Origin: Eukaryota sp. GEM-RC1
Lineage: Eukaryota
Direction: 5' to 3'
DNA: 64,000 nt
Assembly: GCA_040285855.1 (NCBI GenBank)
Contig: JAUFOQ010000017.1
Location: 248,001-312,000 of the forward strand
Made by a program: the position numbers and the translations under genes. The notes beneath the pieces were generated by a model. It was not told where the DNA came from and made no database searches. It saw only the letters and a program-made list of their open reading frames with translations. Every line of letters begins with the position of its first letter. The first letter of the stretch is position 1. This document shows positions 50,557 to 63,046 of the stretch, in pieces.

Positions 50557-52532
50557 TCAGATTTGTTTTTCAATTCACATGTTGATAATTTCATTTTTAA
50601 TCTTGACTTCAAAAATGCGTTTAATTCAGTTCGTCGTAGATCTGTTTTTGCTGCTATTGAAAAAGACTTTCCTGAGTTGACGTCCTACTTTGCTTTATTT
50701 TATGGTAAACCAAGCGATTTAATTTATGATTCATATTCATTGAAATCTATGTCTGGTGTTAAACAAGGAGATCCTCTTGGTCCTCTTTTGTTTTGTTTGA
50801 CTATTCATGATTCGCATTTGTGTATTTTAAAAAAATACCCAGACCTTAAGATAGTTGGCTATATGAATGATATTTCTATTATTGGTCTTATTGAATTGTT
50901 AAAAAGGGTTGCTGTGGAAGTACTTGATATTTATGAAACATTAGGTTTATCTCTGAACCCAAACAAATGTTTATTAATTGGTAGATCTACACAAGAATTA
51001 TTTATTAATGGAGTTCAGATTCTATTTATCAATTATGTTGAAGACGCTTTTCGTTTTCTAGGTTGTTGTCTTGGGAATGTTCCTAAAATTTCTCAAGAAT
51101 TATCTAATTGTTTGGAAAAAACTGGTTCAGAACTCAACACAATTTCTTCATATGATATTGAAAAACATATCAAGTTTTGTATTTTAAAAATTTATTACTC
51201 CGAAAAAATTACACATCTTTTGAGATCTACTGGTCCTTCAATCGCTCTGAACTTTTGTAGATCTTTTAACGAGTTAAGGATTAATTTTTTAGCATCATTG
51301 TTAGAAGTTGATTCAACGTTACTTAGAAGTCATTTGTTTACTTCTGCTCATTTTGATGGTATTGGTTTTACCAAATCTTCAATTCTTTGCAAATCTGCTT
51401 TTTTAGGCGGTGGAAAAAATTTCGTCTTTGAATTTGTTAATCGATTTCCTAATGTTATTTCACTTATTAACCCCAATTCATGTAAATATTGATTTGACTT
51501 AAACGAAGCGTTCATCAAATTACCTTTTGACGTTTGGTCTCAGTGTTTCCCAGAATCTGTGGCTGAAATATGTGAAAGATGTTTGAATAATCTTCAGTAC
51601 TGTCTGAAAAAATTACAACAGAAACTCACAAATATTTTTGAAAGCTTGGATTATAATGTTAGACTTGGCATGGCCAAGGAAAATAATCCCGTTTTTCCAA
51701 ATTTCTTAACGGATGTTTCTAATGGCTCTGCTTCATGTCTGATTACTCAAATCCCTCAAGTTTACGGTCTTCTTCTTGATGATAACTCTTGGTCATTAAA
51801 CATGCGTTTACGGTCATATATTTGGCCTGATAACCTTCCACATAATTTGAAATGCCAATGTGGGCAATCTGTAACACCTACACAGTTATTGAATTGTAAC
51901 CGTTTTATTTTTTTTTGGAAGTAAGGTTCATGATTCAGTAAGGGATCATTTATATTGTATGTGTAAATCTTATGGAATAGTTTCCTTTTTAGAACCAGTT
52001 CTGGCTGGTTTGTTTGATGACACAGATGTTGACAAATCGTTTGGAAATAGCCGTGGTGATGTCATATTTCCTGGTCTTGATAGATCTTTCATTATTGCTG
52101 ATGTTATGTCTATCGATGTTTGTAATGATTCTGACAAGAAACTTGCAAAATCTGATGCTAAAAACCCCTTGTTGATTGGTGAAAAATTTAAACTGCAAAA
52201 ATATTGTGCTAAATTGAAATTATTGAAATACTTGTTGTACCCTTTCGTATTTTCACTGTACGGTTCTTTAGGTGAATCTGCAACATCATTACTTGAAATC
52301 TTTGTGAAGATTGTTAAAGAAAAAACATCTAGGACTTTTGATCTTAGATTTTGGAAAAATCGAATCGTGTTTGCTATCTTTAAAGGTATGGTGACTTCTG
52401 AATCTAGCGTTTTATTATCTCTTGGCAGACATTATGAGGATAAGGTAGGCGAAAATTGCCAGTTAGGCAGTCTGGACTTTGAGGATATTGATTATTAGAT
52501 GTATGTACACTATAGTGTTGTTGTCAATAAAA
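50557..52532 (+). mobile_element. 5'-truncated CRE-like retrotransposon, copy B (inactive)
   Basis: Direct repeat of copy A with the same YMND motif and the same in-frame TGA. Confidence 0.9.
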
Positions 52533-52825
52533 TGTAAATCTGTAAATGAAAGGAACATGTGAGAACTAAACGCCCCTAATTATCAACATCCTCATAGTCC
52601 ATTGCCTATTTGAAAATTCTCACCCACGTTATCGAGTTGAGGATAACTAAATTAAACATCAGTTTCAACATATCACTGTCAAAAAGCAGAAGAACTCCCA
52701 CAATTAACACACAACGGATCCGTATCAACAACGAGAAGGTAGCACTAATAGTTCGGTTGCTGTGTACTAATGTAGTAAAATATCGTCCAATATCATCATT
52801 TATCACCTAATGGCACTAGCTAGCT

Positions 52826-53194
52826 CTACATATACAAACCAGAATAACGTTCAGACGATGGATGTTCTGGTTCATGCAACTGGTTGGTCTTAAGATCAAA
52901 GTCGCCTCCTCTAGGTCCACTCACTAGTTCACCAGCTACTCTGTCTTTGGGAGCGTACATCTTCCATTCGCATTCTTCAGCTGGCTTGAATCTTTTGACT
53001 TCACCCGTAGATTCATTGAACCAACACCCATTTGGACCGGACCTTCCCTTGTTCATTGGTAGATTTTCATTAGGACCGTATCTGAACCACCCGTCAATAC
53101 CCTCAGTATGATGCTTTTCGTGTCTTCTGTGTCTTCTTTCAGTTTGAAGATGTTCAACTTCTTCGGGAGTTTTCTGGTGACCTTCTCTTTGCAT
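52826..53194 (-). CDS. hypothetical hydrophilic protein
   Basis: 122-aa ORF with coding-like composition. No family recognised. Confidence 0.5.
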   Translation of the reverse strand: MQREGHQKTPEEVEHLQTERRHRRHEKHHTEGIDGWFRYGPNENLPMNKGRSGPNGCWFNESTGEVKRFKPAEECEWKMYAPKDRVAGELVSGPRGGDFDLKTNQLHEPEHPSSERYSGLYM

Positions 53195-53747
53195 TATTCT
53201 CTTGGAGTTTAGTATGTGACTACTTTCAGATATCTTCCTTTTTGAAATCAGGTTGGTATCTTTATTTGTCTACAGTTGCTTTTCACTGTAATTCTTAGCA
53301 TCACGAGCCTCGAGGACTGATTGATGGTATTAAAACCCTCTTTCTTTTAAGTGTGTGATTGTTCTCAATGATCACTATCATCGATTGATTTGAAACTATA
53401 GATTTGAATTCTCGATCGTTTTGAAGTTGTACATCATCATGCTATCAAGTATTATGTATAATGACTAGACAAAAGAAGAACTGTGTGGAGTCCTTTAACC
53501 ATGGACTTTATACTTATTACTATTACTAGTATGACAGAAGAGACCTACAATGTACTTGACTAAGGTAGTAGAATATAAACCGCAACATGAAGTGTTTCAG
53601 AAAATCACTTATACTGATCAGCAGTCAATGGGGCTTGAAGTAGAGCTCAACAACCGAGACTGGAAGAATAATATAAAGACAGTAAACCCAACAAATCTGA
53701 AAAAAGAAAGTAAGGCACCCGAAAAAAAGTTGATGAACCCAAATTTA

Positions 53748-54464
53748 TTAAGGGCTGAAAATTATATACAATGCAAAAAAACAAGAATAGAATCTACAGA
53801 GTAATTGACCCAGATAGATAATCTCGCAGCGATGGCGGTGACACTTCAGTCTTTTGAGGTTCTCTAAACCTAATTGATAAACCTTGAAGTTTGACAACAT
53901 CAGTTCAAACTGAGCAAGGAATTCCACTATATCAATTTCCTTAGAGAACTCTTGACCAATGAGAGTACCAGCAACAGCCATGGTTTCTGCAGCTACAGCC
54001 ACTAGCAGCACTCCAAGTTCAAGTGTATCTCTTGTTGGAGAAGAGTCTCTTGAAAGCAAAAAGATAGCGAAAGCAACACATGAATCAACCATGGAACAAA
54101 ACTGTGATCTGGATACTAAGCCAATATTAAAGCAGTACTGGGCAACAGTTAAACAAGTTTTTGAAAGGGACTGAGGCAGAGAAACGGATTCTTGGATTCG
54201 GTTCAATACATGAGAGAATTCATCTTCTAATTCTCGATCTTGACAAAGAACTGTTGACATAACTGGGAAAAAACGACGATAATCAATTGAGTGGAAGTTG
54301 AGGGAAATAGAATAGGACAATAAAGCGAGAAGTTCTAGATCGTCAGATAGTAGTTGAGCATTTAGAAAATCAAAAAACCAAATGGCATCAAGTGTGACAT
54401 GATCGGAAAGACCAAGCTCATCGGAGAGAATACGGAATCCAGAGATGATCAAAGATGAAGACAT
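53748..54464 (-). CDS. hypothetical helical protein
   Basis: 238-aa ORF. No family confidently recognised. Confidence 0.5.
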   Translation of the reverse strand: MSSSLIISGFRILSDELGLSDHVTLDAIWFFDFLNAQLLSDDLELLALLSYSISLNFHSIDYRRFFPVMSTVLCQDRELEDEFSHVLNRIQESVSLPQSLSKTCLTVAQYCFNIGLVSRSQFCSMVDSCVAFAIFLLSRDSSPTRDTLELGVLLVAVAAETMAVAGTLIGQEFSKEIDIVEFLAQFELMLSNFKVYQLGLENLKRLKCHRHRCEIIYLGQLLCRFYSCFFALYIIFSP

Positions 54465-54936
54465 GAAGAGAGGTTCAGATAATAGCCTATGTACATGTCA
54501 ATCTTTGTATATGTTGGGACAAGTCAAAATTGTCGTGCGAGAAAAAATTGTCGTTCCTGTGGTCTCGTCTTCTACTCCTGTCCCTCGTTACTTAAAGTTA
54601 ATGAATTAATCTACCTGATTTCGTTGACTACATTTAATCTTTTCTAAAATTCCTGAATATAAATGTGAGTGAACAACAAATAGAAACATCACAATTAGCT
54701 GAATTTTTGATTGATGAAAATATCACCACATAAATTGCAGAACTACAACAACAATTTCAGTAGGATGTTTGGATTAGCAAAACAATAGAATTCTAGCGGA
54801 TGAAAATTACAGATCTCATGACGTTTACTTCAGAGTCAATTGATCAACTCATGCGCTGTACATGATGGCTCTTTCGGGAAAGTCCAGTTTGTGTTTGAGA
54901 ATGAACTTCGTTTTCCAAACCAAAATTTCTTCACAA

Positions 54937-56591
54937 ATGCTTTCAAGAGGAGCTATCAAAACCCTTGCCACTCGGTCAATCAAACCTCATTCATTCGTTG
55001 TCCAGGTTGTTTCTGAACCACAATTCCACACCAAACCTTTTGGTTGTCAAGCAGAAATTTCCGATGGTGAAGGCAAAGTGGTGCTTTCTTCGAAAACGTG
55101 ACTGCTGGTGTTCTCTCTCGTAACTTAATTGTTGAACTAAAGAACTATGAACTCAACGGCCCTGTTATCATTGTAAAAACCTACTCCGTAGTCTCTCAGT
55201 CTTCCACTCCTGTCCCTCGCTCTATGGGACTTTCCTACCAACAACCTTCCCACGAACCTGTTCCTAACCATGTTCCGGTAGCCGGATTAACCAACTTCAC
55301 TCGAGGAAAACCCGCAATCATAGTCAGGGTGGCTTCTGTTGGAGAAGTGAGGACATGGAACAACGCTAGAGGAAGTGGGAAACTCTTCTCCTTTGTTGTA
55401 GCTGACTCTGCTGGAGATGAGATCAAAGTAACTGCATTCCAAGAAGTTGTTGATGGTTTAGTAGAAAAGATCAAAGAGGGTCGCTCTTACATCATTTCCA
55501 ACTTCCAGATTAAAGTGGCCAACACGAGGTTCAACACAACACCTCACGAGTTTGAGATCACGTTTACAAAAGATACGGTGCTCAAAGACTATTCAGGACC
55601 GGAAGCTGATAGGATTCAAGTGGTTTCAGGCCCCTTTATGACCCTTGCTGACGTGGCAAATAAGCCAGAAGGGGAAAGTGTAGACGTCATTGTTGTGTTG
55701 AAGTCTAAAGAACCTCGAGCGTCTTTAATGAGCCAGAAGTTTAACAAGGAGATATTTAAAATGGATTGTGTTATAGCTGATAACTCTAATGGTGGTTCTC
55801 AATTTGCTCTCACTGTTTGGGGTAAGAATGTTGACGTGATTGAACGAATCCCTGAGGGGACAGTGATTGCAATCAAGCACGGCATGACTAAAATCTTCAA
55901 GGACACTAAATCAATCAACACGATTTCAAACACACGTATTCATAGTGAAGTATTAGAACTTCCTGAAGCAAGTGATTTGCTGGTTTGGGCAAGTACGTCC
56001 CTCAGTTCGACTGTAGACCTGTCTGAGGGTCACTCTTCAATGGATTCCAAAGATGGAAAGAGTGATCGTAAGATTGACATTAAAACAGCTCAAGATGAAC
56101 GTCTGGGCTACACTGACACTGTCTTTGTCACTATTCTAGCGTGGGTTGTTGACTTAAAACCTCTTGGAAAAGAATCAGATGCTCCTCTGTGGTACGAATC
56201 TTGTTCAGAATGTAAGAAGAAGCTTGAGAACGGTTATTGTGCAAAATGTGAGACTAATAGAGAAATCTGTTATCGTTTCATGGGTAGAATCACGATTCAA
56301 GATGATTCTGGCACTTTGTTTTGCACTGCCTTTGATGAAGTTATTGAGCGAATTCTATCACAACGCGCTTCTCATTTAGCTGACCGTAAAGCTAATGATC
56401 CTGATAACTATGAAGCTATTATTGAAACTGCATTGTATAAACCTTTTCTGTTCAAGATTAGGATGAATCCTGAAACTTATAATGATGAAACAAGGCCTCG
56501 AATGACTATTAATGGAGTCGAGGAAGCTGATTTTCAACGAGAGTCAATGGAAGTTTGGACTAGCACTATTTTGCCAGCTGTTTCGAATTAA
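54937..56591 (+). CDS. RPA1: replication protein A large subunit; frameshift between 55071 and 55099
   Basis: MLSRGAI N-terminus, VRTWNNARGSGKLFSF...EIKVTAF (DBD-A), and the C4 zinc finger YESCSECKKK...CAKC in DBD-C. Confidence 0.92.
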
Positions 56592-56808
56592 TTTAGTTAA
56601 TTTTGATAGCTTTTATTTAAATACTTTGCTGTAAATAATAGTTTTATTCTACTGCTGTATTGATTATTCAAAAACTAAAACATAAAACGCACTTGAAAAA
56701 TACAACTATCATTTTTAAATCATTTTTAAATTGAGTGTTTCAAGACACTGATCAAAAAATATGTACATTGCGGAAGAAGTGTTGGAAAATATTACAAAAA
56801 TCGAAATC

Positions 56809-59166
56809 TCAGCACAAGAAACTTTCCAAATTAGTAGAATCAACAACAGTGACAGCACGTCGATGAGCCTTATTTGGTTCCTTTCGTTGACTGATTGGAT
56901 CCGAAAATCCCTTAGGAATCGTTTCCTTTACTTGAACTTCTTCAAATCCATTGAACTGTGGAGCATCTACTTGACCTGGCAGACCACAGAAGGAGAGGAA
57001 AGGTTGGCCAATACCTCTTGTTCGTGGTTTCATTTTAGGATTAGACAGGGACGTTTTGACAGCTCTTAAAATAGAGTTTCGTAAGCCAGTGGATTTTAAT
57101 GAAGAATTAAGGGAAATTATCCTATCAGCAACAGCTTCGGTAGAAGTAGACCAAATATTTGACATTTTTTTAAAATACGAGTCAAACAGATCAATTGTGT
57201 GTTGTAGAAACGATTCGTCATCATTAGAAAGACTAAAAATAGTAACTAGAGTACGTAAGGGTTCAGTGATTGACTTAATGTTAGTAGAACTAATACATCC
57301 ATTAAAAACCAACTCAATAATCCCTTCTATCGACTCCAGATCCTCTGTGAGCCTACCTACGATTATACCATTGATTGGCTTTTTAAAGGAAAGTATTGCG
57401 TCAGCCATGGAAGCCGAGAAATACCTTAAAAACTCAGATACAAACCTACCCAAAGATCGGTCGTCCAGTAAGTCTTTTGAAGGTGCGAGTAAGCTATTGA
57501 AAACACCACTGTAATCACGGAAATTAGGTCCATCGGGTTCATGGTAAAAAGTAAACAATTCAGAAAGTTCTACAGTTAACAGATCAGAAGCTCTGAGGGC
57601 AGTATATCTAAGGCAAACGCCATTTCCATGTAGTAAAGAGTCAGTTGTTGACTCCCAGGAAGTAAGGGAAAGTCTAGGGGCAGCGTCAGATAGAGAGTCG
57701 AATTCACGAGAAAGAGAATTTAAAATTTTGAGGAAATTATTGGCGATTGCACATAACGACTGTAGACTTAGTTGAGAATATTCCGCCTTAATCCAATCCT
57801 TAATCAAAGACACATACTTCTTCACAACATCACAGCACAAGTCAACAATTCTCTGAGTGAATTCCCCCTTGTCTTGCCTTAAATGCAGTGACAATGTCTG
57901 CACAACCAATCTAAGAACATCAGTTGCAGCGGGAGTGGAAGGAGTTCCACGATGACGTGATGAGATTGATTGATGACGTGACACAGGATTGTCGAGAACT
58001 GACTTTCTATCAGCCTTGCATATTGACCTAATCCACGTCATCAATTGAGTTTCTAACTGACTTAGATAGACTTTGACAACAGGTTCAAGGGTAACCATTA
58101 GCTGGGGTTCCAAAACTGAAGGAGATATGCCATATCTTGAGATACCAACGTAATAGGAAGTTATCCATCTGACTGCAATCAACATCTCATCAGTAGGGAT
58201 CGATTGATTGGTCTTGGTGACGTCAACAACAGCTAATGAGAGTTGAGTGGCAAGTCTCGTGTGCATGTTGATTGTAAAGAGCTTGATTGGATCAATCCCT
58301 AGTCGTGATTGATTACCAAACAAAGGGGCCACGTAATCAGCGATTGCACCAAGGTCAACTTCTAGCACTTCTGCTGCTGAAAGGATGTGTCCGAAAAAGA
58401 AGGAGATGACGTTGATTCTGACTCTGATTGAGTTTCTGATTGATATGACGACATGACTTCATCACAACGACGTTGAAAGGAACGTGAGATTCGCTCTCGA
58501 AATTCTAACGGAAGTTGAGCAACGTCATCGATGTCTAATTCACGGAGCAATATTTTAATTATTTGAGATATTATACTAGGATGATCTTGACATTGTTCAA
58601 CAATGTGATCACCAAACATGGTTAAAATGGTTTCACATAACGATTGACGAAGTTTAGAAATACCTGCAAGAGTTTCTTCAATAAAAGATCGATGAGTTTC
58701 AGGAATATCTTCTAAGAAGGAGTCCCGACGCTCCTCCAAGTTAAGAAGAAGAACATGGAGAGAATTAAGGTCGAGGGAAGTGAGATCAGTCTCAGAAGAA
58801 AGAGAAGTGAGAGGAGAAAAAGTCATTGTGGGCGGAGTTAACATCAGACTGAAGTTGTCCAAAGAAGTCTACGTCGTTTAGAGTAACTCTCATGTTTTGA
58901 CGAGCTTTGGCCACCTTGGCTACGAGAGAAAACCAGTCATTGCCTTCGAGTTGTTCTTTAATTTGATAGGAAGAATCGTGGACTTTTTTAGAAGAGAGAT
59001 GAAGGTGACATGCGGTGGTTTTAGCACTTTGAAGATGCTGCATGCCAGTCTCAATTTCATTAAAGAAGAGGCTGAGACTGTTAGTAAGACGATCCTGACT
59101 TTCACGAAGAGACGCTTCTTTATGTGCTATAAGTGACTCCAGAGAGTCTAATGATAAGGAGTTCAT
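56809..59166 (-). CDS. exocyst Sec6/EXOC3-like helical rod protein; frameshifts at ~58820 and ~58397
   Basis: N-terminal coiled coil, then LHVLLLNLEERRD, TPAATDVLRLV and LCAIANN, motifs reminiscent of Sec6. Confidence 0.6.
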
Positions 59167-59188
59167 GTGGTCGTAATACAATACAAAT

Positions 59189-60426
59189 TAGGGATGGCGG
59201 CCGGCCCACTTTTTACTCTCGGCCCGGCCATTCACTGCTGGCCGGCCGGCTTTGGCCCACTTGAGTTCTGGGCCAGCCGGCTTTGGCCCAAATACACAGC
59301 AGGCCGGCCGGCCGGCTTATAAGCCGGCCTAATGACTCAAATTATTACATTTGAGTAACTACACTGGTCACAATATTTAGTCTCAGTGGACAATTTCTCT
59401 CAGTTCAAATTTAGTCTCACTGAGACTAATTTAATTTTGTTTTGCGTCATTTTCGACATTTTAGAGGCAAATTGCGTCAGATGAAAATTAGTCTCAGTGA
59501 GACTAATATATGAATAGACCATTTTCAAACTAGGTTATGAGTTGTGACCAGAGTTGTGACCAGTGTACTTGTTTACACTGTGCAAATCGTTTGTGTATTT
59601 GGTTTCTTGTTGATTGTTTTCGTTCATAAACTCTGTTTTTAATTCAGTAAAATTTATTGAAGAAACTTACCAAAACCTACAATGTTATAATACAAGACTG
59701 AGTAGGGTAAGTACGTACTCTAAAAAGTTGATGATCAATCGACATTGTCGATGGACTGAGGTGGAAAACAATCTTTCAATACTAACAGATGTGGCTTGAG
59801 TTGCAAAAATGTCTCTCGCAACTGCTGCAAGATTAGGTAAAACTTCACGATGACACTTCCACCATTCAAGTAATCTTTTCTGTTCAGTGTTGTCCATCAA
59901 TAGGTATCTTTCAAACTCTCTTTCAATAAATGAACATCTAGACATACGAGACTGAATTCGCTGTCTTTTTTCTTGTCTTAATAAGGAATAAGAGCTGAAG
60001 CAGACGCAATAGGAACAGAAGCAGATTGTGATTGTATATTAGAATCTGTAGAGGAGATTATTTCTATTTGGTAGGAATCATTAGGTGAGGACATGTGTGA
60101 ATACAAAGAGGTCAAAAAATCTGAAAGCTAAAAGAAATCCACATGTAGAAGCCTCTTTAATATTGATCTTACTAATGATAATATCAGATCCCAACTGTTC
60201 AATATGATGATGACATCAACAGAATAGTTAACATATGAATATATAAAGCGAGTTTATCAACATATAATTCGACTTTGGGCCGGCTTGGGCCGGCTAATTC
60301 AGCCCGTAGGCCAGCCATCAACAACTTAGGGCAGCCGGCTCGGCCCAGAAAATTTCACTAAATATTTGGGCCGGCCGGCTAATGAGCCGGCTTAGCCGGC
60401 TTAAATTGGGCCAGCCGCCATCCCTA
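59189..60426 (-). mobile_element. internally deleted hAT element (1238 bp) with a transposase C-terminal remnant
   Basis: TIR TAGGGATGGCGGC, TSD ATACAAAT (59181-88 and 60427-34), GCCGGC subterminal arrays, and EWWK...PNLAAVARDIFATQATSVSIERLFS. Confidence 0.93.
59362..59565. mobile_element. 204-bp MITE with TA flanks, nested in the hAT element
   Basis: TA|CACTGGTCACAA...TTGTGACCAGTG|TA, with internal TTAGTCTCAnTGAGACTAA palindromes. Confidence 0.8.
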
Positions 60427-60628
60427 ATACAAATTCAGTACGAATTCCTGAACAAATGATCTTCAGCAATTACTGCCACAGCAAATGATATGTTTGTTGT
60501 TTGAGGACCAGCATCAATGATCAAAATCTCTCTGAATTGCTCAGAAATTCATAATTAATACAAAACAAGATTAGTAATACTTGTTAGATTGGTACAATAC
60601 ACAATGTTACCTTACTTTTTACATACTA

Positions 60629-61119
60629 CACTCTTCACAACAATTAGTCTGAATTCATAACGAGTCTGAATCATTTATTAGTCTGAATCAGACTAATTAT
60701 TGCTTGATCACTTTAGGATTGTCCAAAAATTCAGTGAAATGATAAACAGTCCATTTCTTTCATTTTTTCTAGACACTGTTTGAATTGACGTATACAAACC
60801 TTATCCCACACTGTTCACACTTGCTTGAAGGACAATGCGGTTACTAATCAATTTTTAAGAGACAATCTGATAGCAGACCGGTCCTGTTTCTGGATTTCGT
60901 CGGTCTAAAACAACCATTGACAGTGCAAACAACGATGGTGGTGTTCAATTCTGTGAAGACATAACAACAGTTTATGGTCAATGAATTCCTTTTGTTTGAG
61001 ATATCTGTTCAGACTAAATATGAATATTCATAATTACTCTGTTTCAGACTAATTTTCCCAGTCATTAATTAGTCTGAATCAGTAATTAGTCTGAATCAGT
61101 CTAATTATTGTGAAGAGTG
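60629..61119. mobile_element. 491-bp MITE with TA flanks
   Basis: TA|CACTCTTCACAA...TTGTGAAGAGTG|TA, with TTAGTCTGAATCAG subterminal repeats. Confidence 0.85.
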
Positions 61120-61334
61120 TACATGTAGTATATACAGTACTGAGCACCCAAAAGGTACCCTTGCTCAAAAATATGAATTAAAATACATGTACATGTTTAT
61201 ACATGTACATGTAGGTCATCAAACACAAAATAGAATAGAATAGAACACAGAAAGGAGTAGTGTATTGGTGTGATATATACAGAAAAAGTTCAAGACTTAA
61301 AGTAATCAGATTGCATTCATACCAAATTGAAAAA

Positions 61335-62486
61335 CTATATTGGACATACATCATTCAGTGAACAGACTTGCTGGGCTGGAAACGAAGCGTAAGTCATGAG
61401 AATGTTTCTTTGAGTAGATATCTTCTCAGCATTATGATACAAGTGGTCATGGACCTCCTCCTTGGAAATCAATGTCCAATTCACCCTACGAATATGAGGG
61501 CATTTCTCAACAATGTGGATGAAACAATCAAGACACGTATGAGTCAAATCGTTCAAAGTGCAGCTATCAATCTCAACGTGAATGATGTTTGAAAGAATTT
61601 GTGGTGTGAAGAAAGACTCATAATGAGAAAACACTGATGACGATACGCGTATCGGAATTCGATCCAGTAGTGGCAGTATGTCACCAGAGATTGATAGGGA
61701 AGAGAATGGCAGCCTTTTAGTTAATGGGTGAACATAGAGCTTTAAGGATTCTGTAACTAAACATTTCTTGAGAGTAAATGTATGGGAATGGAATCCTGTC
61801 CAACTGTCCATAACTCTTTTGGCCAATCCCCGTGGAGCACTTTCCATGTTCACAACTACAATGCGGCTGTTGCCCAGTATTTTCATTAATCTGGAAACAT
61901 TCTGATCATCCACATATTTGACCAAATCAATAAAAACCTTAGCTCTTGAGTATCTTGGATTATTAGACGAAACCAATCGGTATATTTGATCAGTAGTATC
62001 CGTCTCTTGAATAGTATTCTCCCCTGCTGGTAGTCTCAAGTAGATATATCTTAACTTTTTTTCCAAAGTACAGTTCAAACACAAAATTGGTACATTCAGT
62101 GGTGTCATTTGTATAGAATAGTAAGAACAATTGTTCAGGATGGTTGTCATTGAGGGATTCTGAAGAAGAGCCAATGGAATATTGACAATCTCATCCGCAT
62201 TCATCAGCACGTCTAATGAGTGGAGTCTATAATGAAGTTCTCTTCCTTTCAGATTGACACAAATGGAGCTGAAGGGGAAAATCTTTCGAGCAATGGGAAG
62301 TTTGTGGGGATTGATGGTAAGGTCTCCCAAGCCTCTGTAGAATATATCGACAGTTAGAGACGGGGTTTGTGATGAGATCAAATGGAAGAACTTTGAGGAA
62401 ATAGTTCTCATTTGGATCCGATGTTCAATCGAACAGTGGCGGATTACTAGTTCCAAGAGAGTAGCGGGAAGAAGTGCGACAAACAT
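61335..62486 (-). CDS. F-box-like hypothetical protein
   Basis: Long ORF; the N-terminus from the ATG (MFVALLPATLLELVIRHC...MRTISSKF) is F-box-like. Confidence 0.55.
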   Translation of the reverse strand: MFVALLPATLLELVIRHCSIEHRIQMRTISSKFFHLISSQTPSLTVDIFYRGLGDLTINPHKLPIARKIFPFSSICVNLKGRELHYRLHSLDVLMNADEIVNIPLALLQNPSMTTILNNCSYYSIQMTPLNVPILCLNCTLEKKLRYIYLRLPAGENTIQETDTTDQIYRLVSSNNPRYSRAKVFIDLVKYVDDQNVSRLMKILGNSRIVVVNMESAPRGLAKRVMDSWTGFHSHTFTLKKCLVTESLKLYVHPLTKRLPFSSLSISGDILPLLDRIPIRVSSSVFSHYESFFTPQILSNIIHVEIDSCTLNDLTHTCLDCFIHIVEKCPHIRRVNWTLISKEEVHDHLYHNAEKISTQRNILMTYASFPAQQVCSLNDVCPI

Positions 62487-63046
62487 GTCAAATCTAATAC
62501 TGTAACGACAAATGCGGACCGTAAGGTTCAAAATCAGACATCTCCGATTGGACACCCATAATTTCTCGTTAATGAATTTGTGTAGTTTAGGGCACTGTTA
62601 AATGGACAATGCGGTGCCTATCATACACAATCCTTTCCCCGGATATAATCATGTTCCTCAGTTTCTAGAGGTATTATTTTGAGCACATTTGAGGTCAACA
62701 ATCGTGTTGTTCTCTTATCTAGTTTTCGTTCGTCGTCTTTACAAGTACATGTAGTCAAAGAACCGTCGGAATATAAAGAATTCACCCTGTAATCTACTCT
62801 CATGCATTGTTTGCTATACAGTCATTTCTGTGATATAGGGACTTCATTGATAAGATCATCTGATTGTGATTGTTTGAAGTTTTCAACCTGCCTATTTTGA
62901 TCCAACAAATGTGTCCAACTGTACTAGTATTTTGTCGTAATGCAAGTCCTATTTCTTGCTTTTTGTCTCGATTGCATTACGAAAAGTCTCATTTCTTCAG
63001 TATACATATTATTATTTTATATTAAAACAATGTACAACAGTGAAAT

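Noticed and set aside
3106..57514. Many short antisense or overlapping ORFs (e.g. 3106, 22008, 31257, 57056)
   Set aside because: Shadows of real genes on the opposite strand or in alternative frames.
61186..61215. TACATGTA tandem palindromes (also ~25817)
   Set aside because: Short low-complexity repeats near transposon ends, with no evidence of function.
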